A DNA stretch of 64,000 bases from Octopus sinensis (lineage: Eukaryota): NCBI RefSeq assembly GCF_006345805.1, contig NC_042999.1:129518001-129582000 (forward strand), read 5' to 3'. The notes below the pieces were generated by a model. The model saw nothing but the letters and a program-made list of their open reading frames with translations. It was not told the DNA's origin and ran no database searches. The position numbers and the translations under genes were made by a program. Each line of letters begins with the position of its first letter. Position 1 is the first letter of the stretch. Below are positions 38,889 to 52,190 of this stretch, piece after piece.

Positions 38889-40100
38889 TTAGGTTATTAA
38901 GAATGAAATGTTTAATTTTCTTATGCACCAAGTTAGACAGTTGTTAACTTTGTTTTATCCTGACAGTTTTTTTTTGTTTTACAACATTGAAGAGTTATAT
39001 CATCACCTTTCAAATTGCAATTCATGGTGTCTGATTATATTGTGAGTTTTCTCTTGTAAATCATGGATAGATAAAAAATTTGTGTTGTTTATGAATGCAT
39101 CCCAGACAGATCAAAACGTCAATGAGGTATTTGGTGAAGATGTGGCAAATGACCACACTGTACATCAATGGTTTGAGCAGTTCCAGTCTGGGTAGACCTG
39201 AGACCAAGGTGGATAATGATGAGCTGGAAACTAGAGTGGAACCGGATATATCTCAAACTACACATGAGTTAGCAGCAAGGTTTGATGTTTCAATTCCAAC
39301 TGTATTGCATCATCTGAAACAAATTGGCAAGATAAAGAAGCTGGACATGTGGGTACAATACAAACTGAACGGGCATCAAATGACATGTTGTCTTGAAACT
39401 TGCTGTTCATTGCAATCATGGCATAAAAGCGAACCATTTATGCATTGTATTGTTAAGTGTAATGAAAAATGGATTATTTTCAACAATAGCAAGCATTCTG
39501 CATGGTGGGTTGGATAGAGACAAAGTGCCAAAGCACAATCCAAAAAAGAATATTCACCAAAAAAAGCTAATGATGTCTGTTTGGTAGTTTAGCGCTGGTG
39601 TCATCTACTACAGCTTCATGGGACATGGTAAGTCAATTACAATAGATGTATACATCAACCAAGTGGAAGAAATGATGAGTGAACTTGCAATTAAACAACC
39701 GAGATTGGTCAACAGAGACAGGCCAGTTCTCTGGTAAGACAGTGCTCAACCACATGTTGCAAAAAGAATGCTACTCAACTTACAGGAACTGAACTTAGAA
39801 GTACTCTGTCATCCACCATATTCACCAGATCTTGCACCAACTGACTATCACATTTTCCAAGCAATAGACAACTTTTTGCAAGGAAAAGACTTCTAATCTG
39901 AAGAAGATGCAAAAACAGCCTTTTGTGATTCTATCACCTCTTGCACTCCAGAACTATTCACTGCCAGCATAAATAAGCATAAATGGCAAAATTGTGTTGA
40001 TAATTTAGGTGTATAGTTTGATTAACCACATTGCTTTTTGTTGAGATAAGTAAAATAAACTTTCAGTTCAAAATTGGACATTTCACTCTTAATGACCTGA
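38889..40100 (+). mobile_element. Full-length decayed mariner transposon (D,D34D-type transposase pseudogene, ~39063-40026)
   Basis: GRPETKVDNDEL, KKLDMWV, CNEKWI, W*DSAQPH, HPPYSPDLAPTDYHIF. TIRs TTAGGTTATTAAGAATGAAATG / CATTTCACTCTTAATGACCTGA followed by TA. Several stops and frameshifts. Confidence 0.92.
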
Positions 40101-40399
40101 TAATTTGTTGTCAAGGAAGAAATGAAGGAAGAATTAATAAAAATTCCAAATGCTCCTTCTCATGAAAATTTGGATTCATTCTAGATAAAAACCAGTAGTG
40201 ATATAAAGAAGTGTAACCAAAATGCAGTGTGGCTTGAAGGAATATGGAAGAAGTGTCAATGGTAATATCCTTGAGACTGTGATATAAAATCTTCAGCAAA
40301 AGTAAGCAGCAGAAAGAGACTTGATTATTGGACATTGATATAAAAAAGAAAACTCTAACCTTCTAGTGGGTGGGTATTTCATTGACCATTATTTTTCAA

Positions 40400-42335
40400 G
40401 CTCTCAATGGTGATGTAAATATATAAAGCTGGCAGAGATTTGCATAAGCAAATCTACAAAATATGCTATTCACATGGGGAACTTAATATAACACACACAC
40501 AGCCTATCTGCTATTCCTTCAGGATTACTGTGACAATAACAATATCATTATGTCTGAATAAACAACAGCGAAGAAAGATGGCTCTGAATGTGTTGAGCAG
40601 CTTCTAATCAATAAATGTATGAGAGGTGCAGCATAATAGGAAGAATTTTGTTATAGCCTGACTTAATTACAAGAAAGCATTCAATTCTATTTTAATTATG
40701 GATGCTACAGACACTTTGACTTGCTTAAGTTCCAGAGATCATAATCAAGACCATAGACAACCTGGTTGAAATCAAACATATTGTCTCTGATAGAATAAAG
40801 TATAAGAGGAATGTATTTTAAAGAAACATCATGTCTCTGATAACGCTTAAAATTGCAGTGAATCCCTTATTCTTTTTGTTGAGGTAATGTGAAGGACATG
40901 ATTGGCTCACCAGAGGACAGAAACACAAAACTAACACAAGATCGTTTGTAAATGACCTGAAAGTATATGCCAAAAATATGAATGGTATGAACAGGAGTTT
41001 TGACCTGGGTATGGCTTTTGCAAACAATATAGGGACAGAGTTTGGCCAGGATGAGTGTTTCTTCATAACTGTAAACAGGAACTTCTAATAAGAAATGTGC
41101 AACAAGTGGGGAAGGCACCTCCAAAGCTTTCTGTAGACAATAAATTACTAGCCCACAATGTGCTTACTGCACTAATACTCATATCAACATTTGGGTTACT
41201 CAACTGGACACCAGAAGAGATCCAGGTGATTATATCAAAACTCAAAAAAGCCAGAAACTTTTACATCAACAACTATTAACAGCCTCTACCCCAAAACGAA
41301 ATTTTCATATCAATAAATATCTATTGACCACCTCTACTCAAAACAAAAACATGGAAGTAGATGTTTAACACAGTCAAACAGCCTTTGAATACCACAGCAT
41401 ATACTTTTCGACAGCTTTTGCTAACCAGATTAAAACATTTTTTGAATATCACAGCATTTTACCTTTGATAGCATCTACTTATCATCAAACACTGAAGTAT
41501 ATTAATGGATTAAGTTTACATGTATGAAAATTAAAACAGAGCCTCACAAAGTATTCTTAACTGGTGGCAAGAGATACACAACCATCAATGTTACCCAGCT
41601 TTACTGGAGCAAACAGATCATTTGCAGTTTTATGTCAGATTATTTTAGAGAGATAGTAACAGTTAACAAGAACAGTTTATTAAAAGTCAACAACTGGTAT
41701 ATTAGTCCTCACTTTGAAGAGAGTGCTTTCGCAATCCAGAAACTAGAAATAGCAACAAAATACTTGATGCATAAAAGGGATATGGATACACAAAGCATTT
41801 ACATGTGACAACAGATTCAGATTGTAGAATTAACACCAAAGATGTAACCTATATCATAAGTAGTTTCTCAAAATTGTTATCACCACACAACCTATGAGAC
41901 ATGATGTACTGACCATCACACTAAACAAGGCAATCTGTGGAAAGGATAGTCCTGAATATAAAAATATGTTATAATGATGTGATGGACACACACATAAGAA
42001 AGAATACTGGTGAAATGTTCTTGTCAAAACCCATGTAAAAAGGACTTCAGATATGAATCTGGGACAGAGAAAACAAAGTGTAGACAAAGGCAGATATCAA
42101 CTGTCCAATAGATAGTAACAATGTTAGGGATAAAAGAAAATGGACTATTTATACTGAACTAATATGAAGTTTGCAGATACTACACCAGACTATAGCTTTA
42201 CATTTATACCAATGATTATTAGTGTACTTGGTTAGTAGAACTAATTTTGAAAAGCTGGCCCATACAAAGCCAAAAAGGATACAGTTAATTAAGAAATTAC
42301 AATTGAAAGAGCTGTTAAAATATGCAAGACGTCAA
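40400..42335 (+). mobile_element. Decayed R4/Dong-like non-LTR retrotransposon (RT, zinc knuckle, restriction-like endonuclease)
   Basis: CVEQLLINK, NYKKAFNSI, SFVNDLKVYAK, FANNIGTEFGQDEC, STFGLLNWT, SPHFEESAFAIQKLEIATKYL, RHD, YW*NV, FTFIPMIISVLG, VKICKT. Confidence 0.8.
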
Positions 42336-43060
42336 TAGTATGCATACAGTTCATAGATACAAAGGGATGCATGTACATGTACATACACATATACATGTAG
42401 AGCAGTCATAGCAGAATTATAGAGCCCAGGGAAAAGCAATGTACTGGGGCCTATATAATTTATATACTGATGAAAGCAACAGCATCGATTAGCATTGTTC
42501 CTTAGACCAGTGTGAACACGCCTTAAGATGGCACTGCATACATGCATTCCTGCAAGCATATATGCATGCATACTTACATGCATATCAAATTGATGATGAT
42601 AAAATTTCAATAAGTGCTTGTTACTGGGTTGGAAACAGGCTTTTTCTCTACTGGTAAGAAAATTTTTTACGTAAAAGCAAAACATATTTACATAAAAAAA
42701 AAATTAATAAAAACACTTTTTTTCCCTTTTGACATATGAATCTTCTATTTTCTATTTGTAGTGTTTCAGAAAATAATCAATATTCAACTCCTTTTAGACC
42801 CATTTTTTATTTCCTGTATGGCAACCATTCAAAATAAATTTCTGTAATCTCAATTTTCTTCTTCCTAATATTGAATTATCTGTTACCAAAGAATATGTTG
42901 AATGAAATGTATGAATTCCTACTTCAAACTATATCTTTTACTCTACGATATATTTGAAAATATTCTCAGCATTTCTTTTCTTGATATATCTGCCGTTGTA
43001 ATATTTTATCTAGACATTGTTGGGGACATGTGAATAAACATCACGTAATATTTTGCATCA

Positions 43061-43458
43061 CCGGCGAGCTGGCAGAATCGTTAGCACGCCGGGCGAAATG
43101 CTCAGCGGTATTTCGTCTGCCGTTACGTTCTGAGTTCAAATTCCGCCGAGATCGACTTCGCCTTTCATCCTTTCGGGGTCGATTAAATAAGTACCAGTTA
43201 CGCACTGGAGTCGATATAATCGACTTAATCCGTTTGTCTGTCCTTGTTTGTCCTCTGTGTTTAGCCCCTTGTGGGTAGTAAAGAAATAGTTATTTCTTCT
43301 GCCGTTACGTTCCGAGTTCAAATTCCACCGAGGTCGACTTTGCCTTTCATCCTTTCGGAATTGATTAAATAAGCACCTGTTACGCACTGGAGTCGACTTA
43401 ATCCTTTTGTCCTTGATTATCCTCTCTATTTTAGCGCCCTGTGGGCAATAAAGAAATA
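43061..43458 (+). mobile_element. Young dimeric SINE family C (Deu/Nin-domain-like) with a perfect 14-bp TSD AATATTTTGCATCA
   Basis: TSD at 43047-43060 and 43459-43472. A box GGCGAGCTGGCAGAATCG and B box GAGTTCAAATTCC. The second unit restarts at ~43291 without an A box. Confidence 0.92.
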
Positions 43459-43929
43459 AATATTTTGCATCAGCCATGTACGAAAGAAGTATTTGAGATG
43501 CAAGTGTAGTTATCAGTATCAACGCAAAGGGGTATTCGAGTGGCAGAATCGGTAGAGTAGCAGACAAAATGTTTTGCGGTGTTTTCTTGCGTCCCCTCTC
43601 ATCCTGAGCTCGAATCTTGCCGAGAGTGGCTTTGTCTTTTCGTTCAGTAAGGATCGATGTATAGAATTTAGTCACGTAGTAGAATTGATATTATCGACTA
43701 TACTTCTCTTATATAGAAAAAGAAATGTGGCCTTGTACCTATGTAAGAGATCAATATTCGACCTAACGTGTCATGCATGTGCAGATATTGACAAATCAGC
43801 CTGTAAAACATTTAGTCTTTTTTTTTATTCACATAATTTTAATTAATTTAAATCTAAATTTTATTTCATAAGAAATGTGTGAATGCTTTCTCAACTCCCT
43901 TTTAGACTCCAACTAAGCCGATGATTATA

Positions 43930-44132
43930 AAATACTGATTTCAAATTTTGGCAGAAGGCCATCAAGTCAGGGGGACGGAGTAAGTTGATTACATCGATCT
44001 CAATGCACAACTGGTACTTATTTTATCGACTCTAAAAGGATGAAAGACGAAATAGACCACGACAGAATTTGAACTTAAATCGTAAAGATGGGCAAAATGC
44101 CGCTTAACATTTTACCCGTCAGCTCGCCGCCT
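43930..44132 (-). mobile_element. SINE family C, inverted
   Basis: CAACTGGTACTTATTTTATCGAC...AAAGGATGAAAG...GAATTTGAAC...CAGCTCGCCGCC. Confidence 0.8.
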
Positions 44133-45574
44133 TAAATGATTATAAAATATTGACGATTACACTGTATTGTCGCTTTCTCATAAAATATTGCTATATAATT
44201 AAATAGCCGATATAAATGTTGTTGAGTTGATTTCTCCAGTCACGCTTTACACCATACAGAGAGTCAGCGTAAACGATATTTAGAGTTTAACATAGTGCAA
44301 ATTTTGACTTTGGGGAACCAAACATAAGTCTGCCCCCTTCTTTCTATAGTATTGCTGTATTTTGATCACATTTCTTCCTATTGATATATGTTCCATAGAT
44401 TCATACCTTAAATAGCCAAAGAAGACTTTGTATAGGGAATCTTAGCTGAATCTATGATAATAATAGCATGTTTCCTGCTGTCTTGTCATCGGCAATGTTT
44501 GCATATTTAGGTATGAGAGGATTTATACAAATGAGATATTTTAAAAGATTTAATTTTATTTAAAGTAACAAATATTTTTCTTTCGTTAAGTACTATTCAT
44601 TTCACTATTTTGTATAAATACCAAGACCTTTGATAAAAATTTAAATTATAATTATTGTAAGGATGTCGTATTTCCTGATATACCTATAGTGGAAAGAGTA
44701 TTTTTCCAGAGTTACTATGTTTTAATATGCCAAACAATTGGACAATGTTGAAAATCTAAATTAGAAATTTCTTCTTTAGATAAAAAAAAATTTGTTTTAA
44801 AGCCATAGTCACTTTCGAAATATCCTCCTACCAACATGGTCATCCTATGAGGTGTAACTGTTTAATAACATTTAAAATCATTAAATAGTAATGATCTTTA
44901 GGAAACAGAAAACAGAATTACAATTCAACACTTCTACACGTAGAGAAGTCACAATAATGAAAAAAAATCATCAAAATTATGTTATTATGGTAAATTCTAC
45001 TAAATCAAATGTTAGGAGAGCTATGTTTTTCTGACTTCGAATGTGGAAAGCATCACATTGGGTTAAGTTAAGTTGTTAATTTTTTGGCTCAAAAAGCAAA
45101 AAGCAAGGCCATGTAGTTATGTACAGGGGTGTTCATGCAAAGAGTTCAGGCCAAAGATCTTTATTCTCTTATAGGATTTTTACCTTTTGATAAAGAGAAT
45201 AATAGCAATAAATGATAAAAAGTTTGTAGAAATGCAAGTTTTCCACATAGTCTGTAACAATACGGTTAAAGAGATACACAAATTCACCACATGTAACAGA
45301 AATTTTGTTTACAGCCTTTCTACTCAATTTCTTCTAAATTTTATGGAGCATTACGACGACCTGCTCTGCGTAGTTCTGAGCTGATGGGAAAAAAGACAAC
45401 TATTTTCCTAGATAGGATTTTAGTCAATGGCAGACGCTCTAATATATTTTCCCAACATCTTTGAAATTTAAATACAAAAAAACATTAACTAGCCCACCTC
45501 AGTATTAAGTTACCATCGCCCTTTACCTCTCTCAAGGATTCTACTCTAGTGGTCGATTCGAAACCTTCCCGCAA

Positions 45575-45740
45575 GATCACCACCATCATCATCGTTTAAC
45601 GTCCGCTTTCCATACTGGCATAGTTTGGACGGTTTGACAGGAGCTGGTCAGGCAGAAGACTGCACCAGACTTCTGTGTCTGTTTTGGCATGGGTTTTACG
45701 GCTGGATGCCCTTCCTAACATCAACCAACCCGCAGAAGAA
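45575..45740 (-). mobile_element. RTE 3'-tail fragment
   Basis: CATCATCATCGTTTAACGTCCGCTTTCCAT...GGCTGGATGCCCTTCCTAAC; same tail as 6875 and 30360. Confidence 0.8.
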
Positions 45741-48700
45741 AAATATATATGCATGAAAATAAGTTATTTCCTGCAAACTCTAATTTGCATGTCATTTAAA
45801 CTTAGAACATTTACAAAATAACAAGTTTATAATTTTATTGTGCCTTATAAATTGATGGTTAGCAGATTATTAGAAGGAAGAGTGAAGAAATTCAGATATA
45901 GACGTGTAATCGTCTGATAAATCATTCCAATACACCTCCTTAGAAATCTATCGATGAATTAATTTAACTAGTAGAATCCTGTTTAATGTCTAATAAGATC
46001 AGTCTTGCTTAAGGGCTTAATTATAAGATACAGGAACGTTTACTACTTGTTTTGGTGATAATACTGAATCGAATTGATCAGCTTAGCAAGAAGAAAAACA
46101 AAGAGCTTATCACTATCAATCACACAGTTTTAATTTTAATGTTGTCGTCTCTGAGATGTTAGTTAACTTTGAAGATCTATTGCAGACTGCAACAATGAAA
46201 GAAATCGATAATTTTCCTTTTTGATGGAACAATTAAAAGCCTTATTACAAAGAACTGTGTGCGCCAGAAGCATGTTTATTTACTGGTACCATGAGAAAAA
46301 TGATTAAGAACAACTGTATAGATCAGTAGAGGATGAATAAACAGACTGACATTTTTTTCTTCTACAAATAAATAGACTGAGAACATTAAACAATGAGACA
46401 AAGGTGGAATTCACTTCTACTGAAAAGTAAACTTTTATAGAAAAATATATAAAACAGGCATGGGCAACCTTTCTTAAGGAAGTGGCCTGCATGGAACATG
46501 GCTCATTATCTGGTGAGCCGCACTACTGAAAAATTCATAGAAATTTTCCATTGGATGTGTCATTCAGAAAGTCACACGACCTGTGGGCTGCCCATGAACT
46601 TCTGTAAATGATACGTACATGCTGTAGTCTTGTAAACGTGTTTCTCTAATACTTTTAGGGAGATAACCATGTGACTGTTTTGTGCAGCCCCGCGGCACAC
46701 ATCAAAGATCAATATTATCCAATGTGCCGTTTTTAAGGTCGTAGGGTGTGATTTGAAGGGCACGAGAATTTGGCTGCTATTTCTAGCATGTAGGGTAACC
46801 ACATTCAGACTAACTGGTTATGAATGCTTCTATCTATATTAAGGGCCTAACGCATTTTCTGCTAACTCGTCGATATGATCCACCCTAGAAAAAAATCTAT
46901 AATACACTTAGCTGTTTGAGATAAGAATTACACAATAGAAAAGAATTTAACAGAGAAAAAGAGAGAGCTAGAAAAAAATTCAAAACAGAAAATCAATATT
47001 TTTTGTAAAGAATATTATTTGTAATAAACCCTAATGTTTAAACTGGACCTTATTTCATCGACTTTGGGGGAGGGATGAAGCCTAAAGTGAGATTTGAACT
47101 CAGAATTTGAATGCCTCGAACTACAAGATAATTATATCAACTTCACCATCTCAGTCGTTGGTATAAATGTATAACTAGGCAAAAAGATTCACTGTATTAA
47201 GGAAGGGGTATCGATTTATAACATTTAAATAAAGCCTTCACAATGCGTAAACAGCAACAGCAAGCTGTAACGAATTTGAGAACATGTATCTATAACAAAG
47301 ACAAGTCAAATAATGATGTTAAGACAACACATTCACGAGTTTAGTAGCAAAACTAGAAATTCAAATTTGATTTTTTTTTCTTGGCAAGGATGTTAATGAA
47401 TGAAATAGTAATTTAGTAACATCCACTGGAATTACTTAAACATTTATTGTGACCTGCAGTATTTTCTGTCCCTTGAAGCAATATCGACCTAAGCTTTTCT
47501 GTCCCCCGAAAGCTATATGTATCTGAAGCTAAATTGATTCATGCCTTTCTCGAAAGGGCTTGGTAGGAACACTATAGCCTGACAATAACAATAACACACT
47601 GCAACAAAATATCAATAAAACCACTAGAAAATGGAGTAGAAGATAAATAGGACAAATCGAAAAAGGGTTCTTCTTAAGGCTAACTCTTCACTCAGGATTG
47701 ACGGTAAAACCTCGAGAAAATCTAATTTCTCTCTATTTTATGTAAGTAAATAATAAATATTAGAATATTGAATTTTTTTTTAGAAGAGTACACAGCACTT
47801 CGGGCTAATTGAAAGAATAACAAACCAAAATAACAAGAAACAATCTTAACTGTTTTCCTACATTTATCGATTTTGAGTGCCACGAAGGAATATGTTGTTG
47901 GCACACATCTCAGTACAGTTGTCTAGCTAAGTGGTGTATACTGACATTGCACATCTGAAAGTTGTTCTGTGAATATATGGATCCAGATTAAAGAATCACC
48001 ATTAAAATGAACAGCCAGTAAAAGAGTAACTACTTGGCCACGCGACCTATTAGAAATAACAGTTAAAACTCTCTCCAATAGATATAGACACACGCACACT
48101 GAACTAAAAGAGTTGAGACGGTCACGACTGAAACGTCTTTGACCATATGTCTGCTCCCGAAGGCAACGGACATAACGGCTTCTTTCACACAGACACACAC
48201 ACATATATATATATATCCAAAAAATTAACATTCAAATATTACTTGGTCGAAATATCTAGGTTAGATAGTCAGTCACTGAGTTTAAACCAGAAACGTGTTG
48301 TTTTGAAATATGTAACAAATTATTGTAGCCAGATGGGATAGGCGAAAAAAGAGGAAGTACACATACAACAACGTTTTCTTTAATATGTGACCGGAATAAA
48401 GGTGTAATGTTCGTGGGTATATAAAGGAATGAAGAGTCAAGATCTTCAACAAATTCTCCAGTCTTCAAAATAAAAATACAACGTCCATATTTAAAGACAT
48501 AGCTAGATGAGCCTACGAGGTTGTTCAACATACTAGAAATAGCAGTTAAATCTCCCTCAAATCATATTCTACCGTCTTAAGAAGAAAGAAAGAAAGGGAC
48601 ACATTTAATGTGGTCCTGCAGACGGGTCGGTACAAGACAGGAACATATTTGATTATATCAATTCGATTAGAGCTGGGCTGATTTGGGGCTAAACAACAAC

Positions 48701-49132
48701 ACGAAACACAGGCAAGCAACGGCTACAGTCCTTGTCAGGTTTACTCAACAAATGACCATATACCACAGAAACCGAAATAAAAGTACACACGTCTCAATAT
48801 AGCGACATTATTACATATGCAATTAATCAATGGATGATGATGATGATATGCAATAATAGGTTTTCATTGAGACATTCTGCGAATTGAAATATGCAGTGCA
48901 AGAAATGCCTTCACACATTGTTCAGTCACCTCATAAACACATTCAATAGCACATTCTTCGTGAATAACCCCTCTACATGTAAACAGCATAATAAACAGAT
49001 CATTTGACTTGTACACACTTATAAAGATTAGATCACAAATAATAACTAAGGCATTTTCAAAGACATGCCTTCACATAGACAAATAAGTAAAGAAGGTCAG
49101 TTAAAACATAGCGTCGATTGAGACAGACAAAC

Positions 49133-49197
<65 letters not shown>

Positions 49198-49202
49198 TAG
49201 AC

Positions 49203-49245
<43 letters not shown>

Positions 49246-49250
49246 CAGAC
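49133..49250. repeat. (GATA)n/(GACA)n microsatellite
   Basis: Direct reading. Confidence 0.97.
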
Positions 49251-49469
49251 AGACATGTATTTGGTCAACATACACTGTGAGTGTACGTGTAAATAGAGAG
49301 ACACAGATTATGTATATTTAGGTTATAAACCCACACCAACTAATGTGTATTATTTGGTCACATACATAGAATAATGAATGTTTACTTAGTAACAACACAC
49401 ATCAATTTGTAATGATTATTCAGCAGCACAAGTTTCTCTACTAACGCTACGCTTATCGATGTGTATTTA

Positions 49470-49590
<121 letters not shown>

Positions 49591-49663
49591 TGGATATTTG
49601 TATTAGTATTATTGTGCTAATCTAGGCAATTGATCGTTGCGTAAGTCCTAAGTGAAAACTTAC

Positions 49664-49713
49664 CCAAAAAATTCATCATCTTGAAATTCCTGAAGAATGG
49701 AACGTCCAAACAT
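49664..49713 (-). CDS. MLF: Myeloid leukemia factor, coding exon 1 (MFGRSILQEFQDDEFF + GG, phase 2)
   Basis: ATG at 49713-49711, donor GG|GTAAGT (plus-strand acttac 49658-49663). The peptide resembles the MLF N-terminus (MF...DDxFF). The 50 nt join the exon 2 frame (GG+G = Gly). Confidence 0.85.
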
Positions 49714-50085
49714 TTTGACAAATTATTGTATTATGGAACCCTTTTCTTCCTTTGGTTAAAAAATATTATCCGTTCAGTTATTTAGAAATTAACCTTTCAG
49801 AGAAGCTTATTGTTATTACCAGTATTATTTACTGAAAATAGTTGAATGTTTTTTGTTTCTTTAGTTGTCTCTGAATGGACAATAACAAATAACAGTGACA
49901 ACCACAATTGATGATCAAGCAAGCAGTAGGAGAAATGAAACCAAACTGTTGACTTTGAAACGACGATGTCGTCTGCATGCAAGTGCTAGGACCTGCTGAT
50001 TATAGTTTCTAGCGAAACACTAAAGAACGCCCACAAACAACACGTGTGTGTATGTATGCATGTATGTGTTTGCGTGGCTGATGTC
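49714..50085 (-). promoter_or_regulatory. Putative MLF 5' UTR / proximal promoter
   Basis: Unique, CpG-retaining sequence directly upstream of the ATG. Contains an X-box-like GTTTCTAGCGAAAC (50005-50018) and CACGTG (50041-50046). No transcript evidence. Confidence 0.45.
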
Positions 50086-51090
50086 AGAGGAAGAGAGAGG
50101 AGGCGGAGGAGGAGAAGAAGGAGAGAGAGTGGAATACAAAGAAAATAACGACGATAGAAAGAAGAGTACGGAAGAAAGAAAAGGAAAATGAGAGAAGAGA
50201 GAGAGGAGGAGGAGGAAGAGAAGAAGAGAGAGTGGAACACAAAGAAAAAAGAGAGAAAAGAAAATAACGACGATAGAAAGAAGAGTGCGGAAGAAAGAAA
50301 AAGAAAATGAGAGAAGAGAGAGAGAGGAGGAGGAAGAGAAGAAGAGAGAGTGGAACACAAAGAAAAAAAGAGAAAAGAAAATAACGACGATAGAAAGAAG
50401 AGTGCGGAAGAAAGAAAAAGAAAATGAGAGAGAGAGAGTAGAGAAATGAAAATAAATGCCGACGACGAAAAGAAAATGTAATAAAGATAATAAAAATAAA
50501 AGAGAGTTGGGAGATAAAAGAAAAGGAAAGTTAAAGATAGAAAGAAGAAAATTAAATAAAGAAAAAAAGAAAGGAGAGAGAGAAAATAAAAGCTGACGAC
50601 AAAAAGAGGATAAGAGAATGGAAAAAAGAAAATGAGAAAGAGAGAGTGAACATGAAATAGAGAAAAATTGACGGAGGAAAGAAGGAAATAGAATAAGAAA
50701 GGAAAAACGAAAAAGAGAGACTAAGAGACGAATAAGAGGGAAAGAGAAAATAAAAAATAAAAGTGACGACGTAAAGAAATGAAATAAAGAATGAGAGAAA
50801 AAAAAGAAAAGAGAGAAGTAAATTAAAGCCGACGAGAGAAATAAGAAAATTGGATAAAGAAAAGAGTGAGAGAGAGTGTGTGTGTGTGTGTATTAATAGA
50901 GAGAGAGAAAAGAAATAAGAGGGAAACTTTAGAAAGAAAATATGAACATAAAACAAAGGAGGGGGAGAGAAAGAGAGGAAGAAAGAGTGAGCGAAAGGTA
51001 TCGAGAAATTCTGAGAGAAGTAAAAAAGGAACAGCAAAATATAGTTAGAGAGAATGAGAAGAGAAATAGAGAGAGAGAAAGAGACATAGA
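50086..51090 (+). repeat. ~1-kb purine-rich tract containing three ~118-bp tandem units (~50124-50440)
   Basis: AACGACGATAGAAAGAAGAGT anchors at 50147, 50266 and 50383. Confidence 0.9.
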
Positions 51091-51904
51091 AGCGGAGTGT
51101 GTAAGCTCATATTTGTCAGTTATACTCCATTTCAAATTGTTGCCTTGAAAAGAAGTATCACTACAGGGCTCTCAGTAACTTTAAATTCTGAATTCAAATT
51201 TAGCCAATCCAAGCAGCATTTTTTGTTTTAATTTATTTTGTGATTTTTGCTGTTGAATGAAAATTATTAACGAACACCAACGAGAATTACCGAGCCAACT
51301 TGCTAAAAGTAATAGCTAAATCTCCCTCAATGACACATTACATAATGTAGTCCTAGACACCTTTAAACAAACGGGATGGTTACTAAGTGGATTATGAGTC
51401 AGCTCGATCATTTAACTTAGGGTTCAACAACAACCGAACCGACGAAATTTATTCAATGTGGTCGTTCAACCTGTCCGAAATAGCAGCTAAACCGCCCGCA
51501 AATCAAACTGTAATGTCTTATAATAGGAAGGTTAATGCAGTTTCTGAAATAGGAAAAAGATGGGATGGTCATCAGTGGGCAAAGCCTTTGATCAGAACAA
51601 TAACAATAACAGAACAATACCCACTATTATCATTGACATATACGCTATGCTGAATTTGCATTTTTCCTCTGACAGGAGGGGTTCGATTTAATGAGTGTAG
51701 CTGTGCCTATATTAGATTTAGAAATTGAAATTCCGTGATATATATAAATAGATGCAGCACGGAATTTTGTCAATGAACAGGTTGCGGTCTCAAAGCGACG
51801 AAAATATTTTGACAAATTAAATTTAAATGTTGAAGTGAATCTAACGGATTTTGTGTGTTTCTTAAATGGATTATAAACACCTTCCACGCTGCAATTGTTA
51901 TATA

Positions 51905-52190
51905 TATATCATGGTCTCTCCCGTCGTCAGACGACGTATGAGGGTTCGGTAATTTCTTGCCGAACAACCACACAGATGATTTGTTTATAGTGATCAAATG
52001 TTTGTGTTCACATAAGCTCACTCCTGCCATCAAATCGACATTACCTATACAGGTGCACCATGATGAAATGATCGCAGAGCAACGTGAAATGAAGTGCTTT
52101 GTTCAAGAACACAATGTAACGTCTGGTTTGGGAATTGAAACCACGATCTCGCAATCGCAACACCCTAACCACTAAGCCATGCGCTTCCAC
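51905..52190 (-). mobile_element. SINE family F-related copy
   Basis: GCAACGTGAAATGAAGTGCTTTGTTCAAGAACACAA...GGAATTGAAACCACGATC...AACCACTAAGCCATGCGC. Confidence 0.7.

Noticed and set aside
43030-43846. ORFs of 82-179 aa
   Set aside because: They are translations of SINE copies with no protein motifs.
49986-51148. Low-complexity ORFs (Ser/Phe/Leu-rich or Arg/Glu-rich) in the track
   Set aside because: They are artefacts of the polypurine tract, which lacks stop codons by composition.
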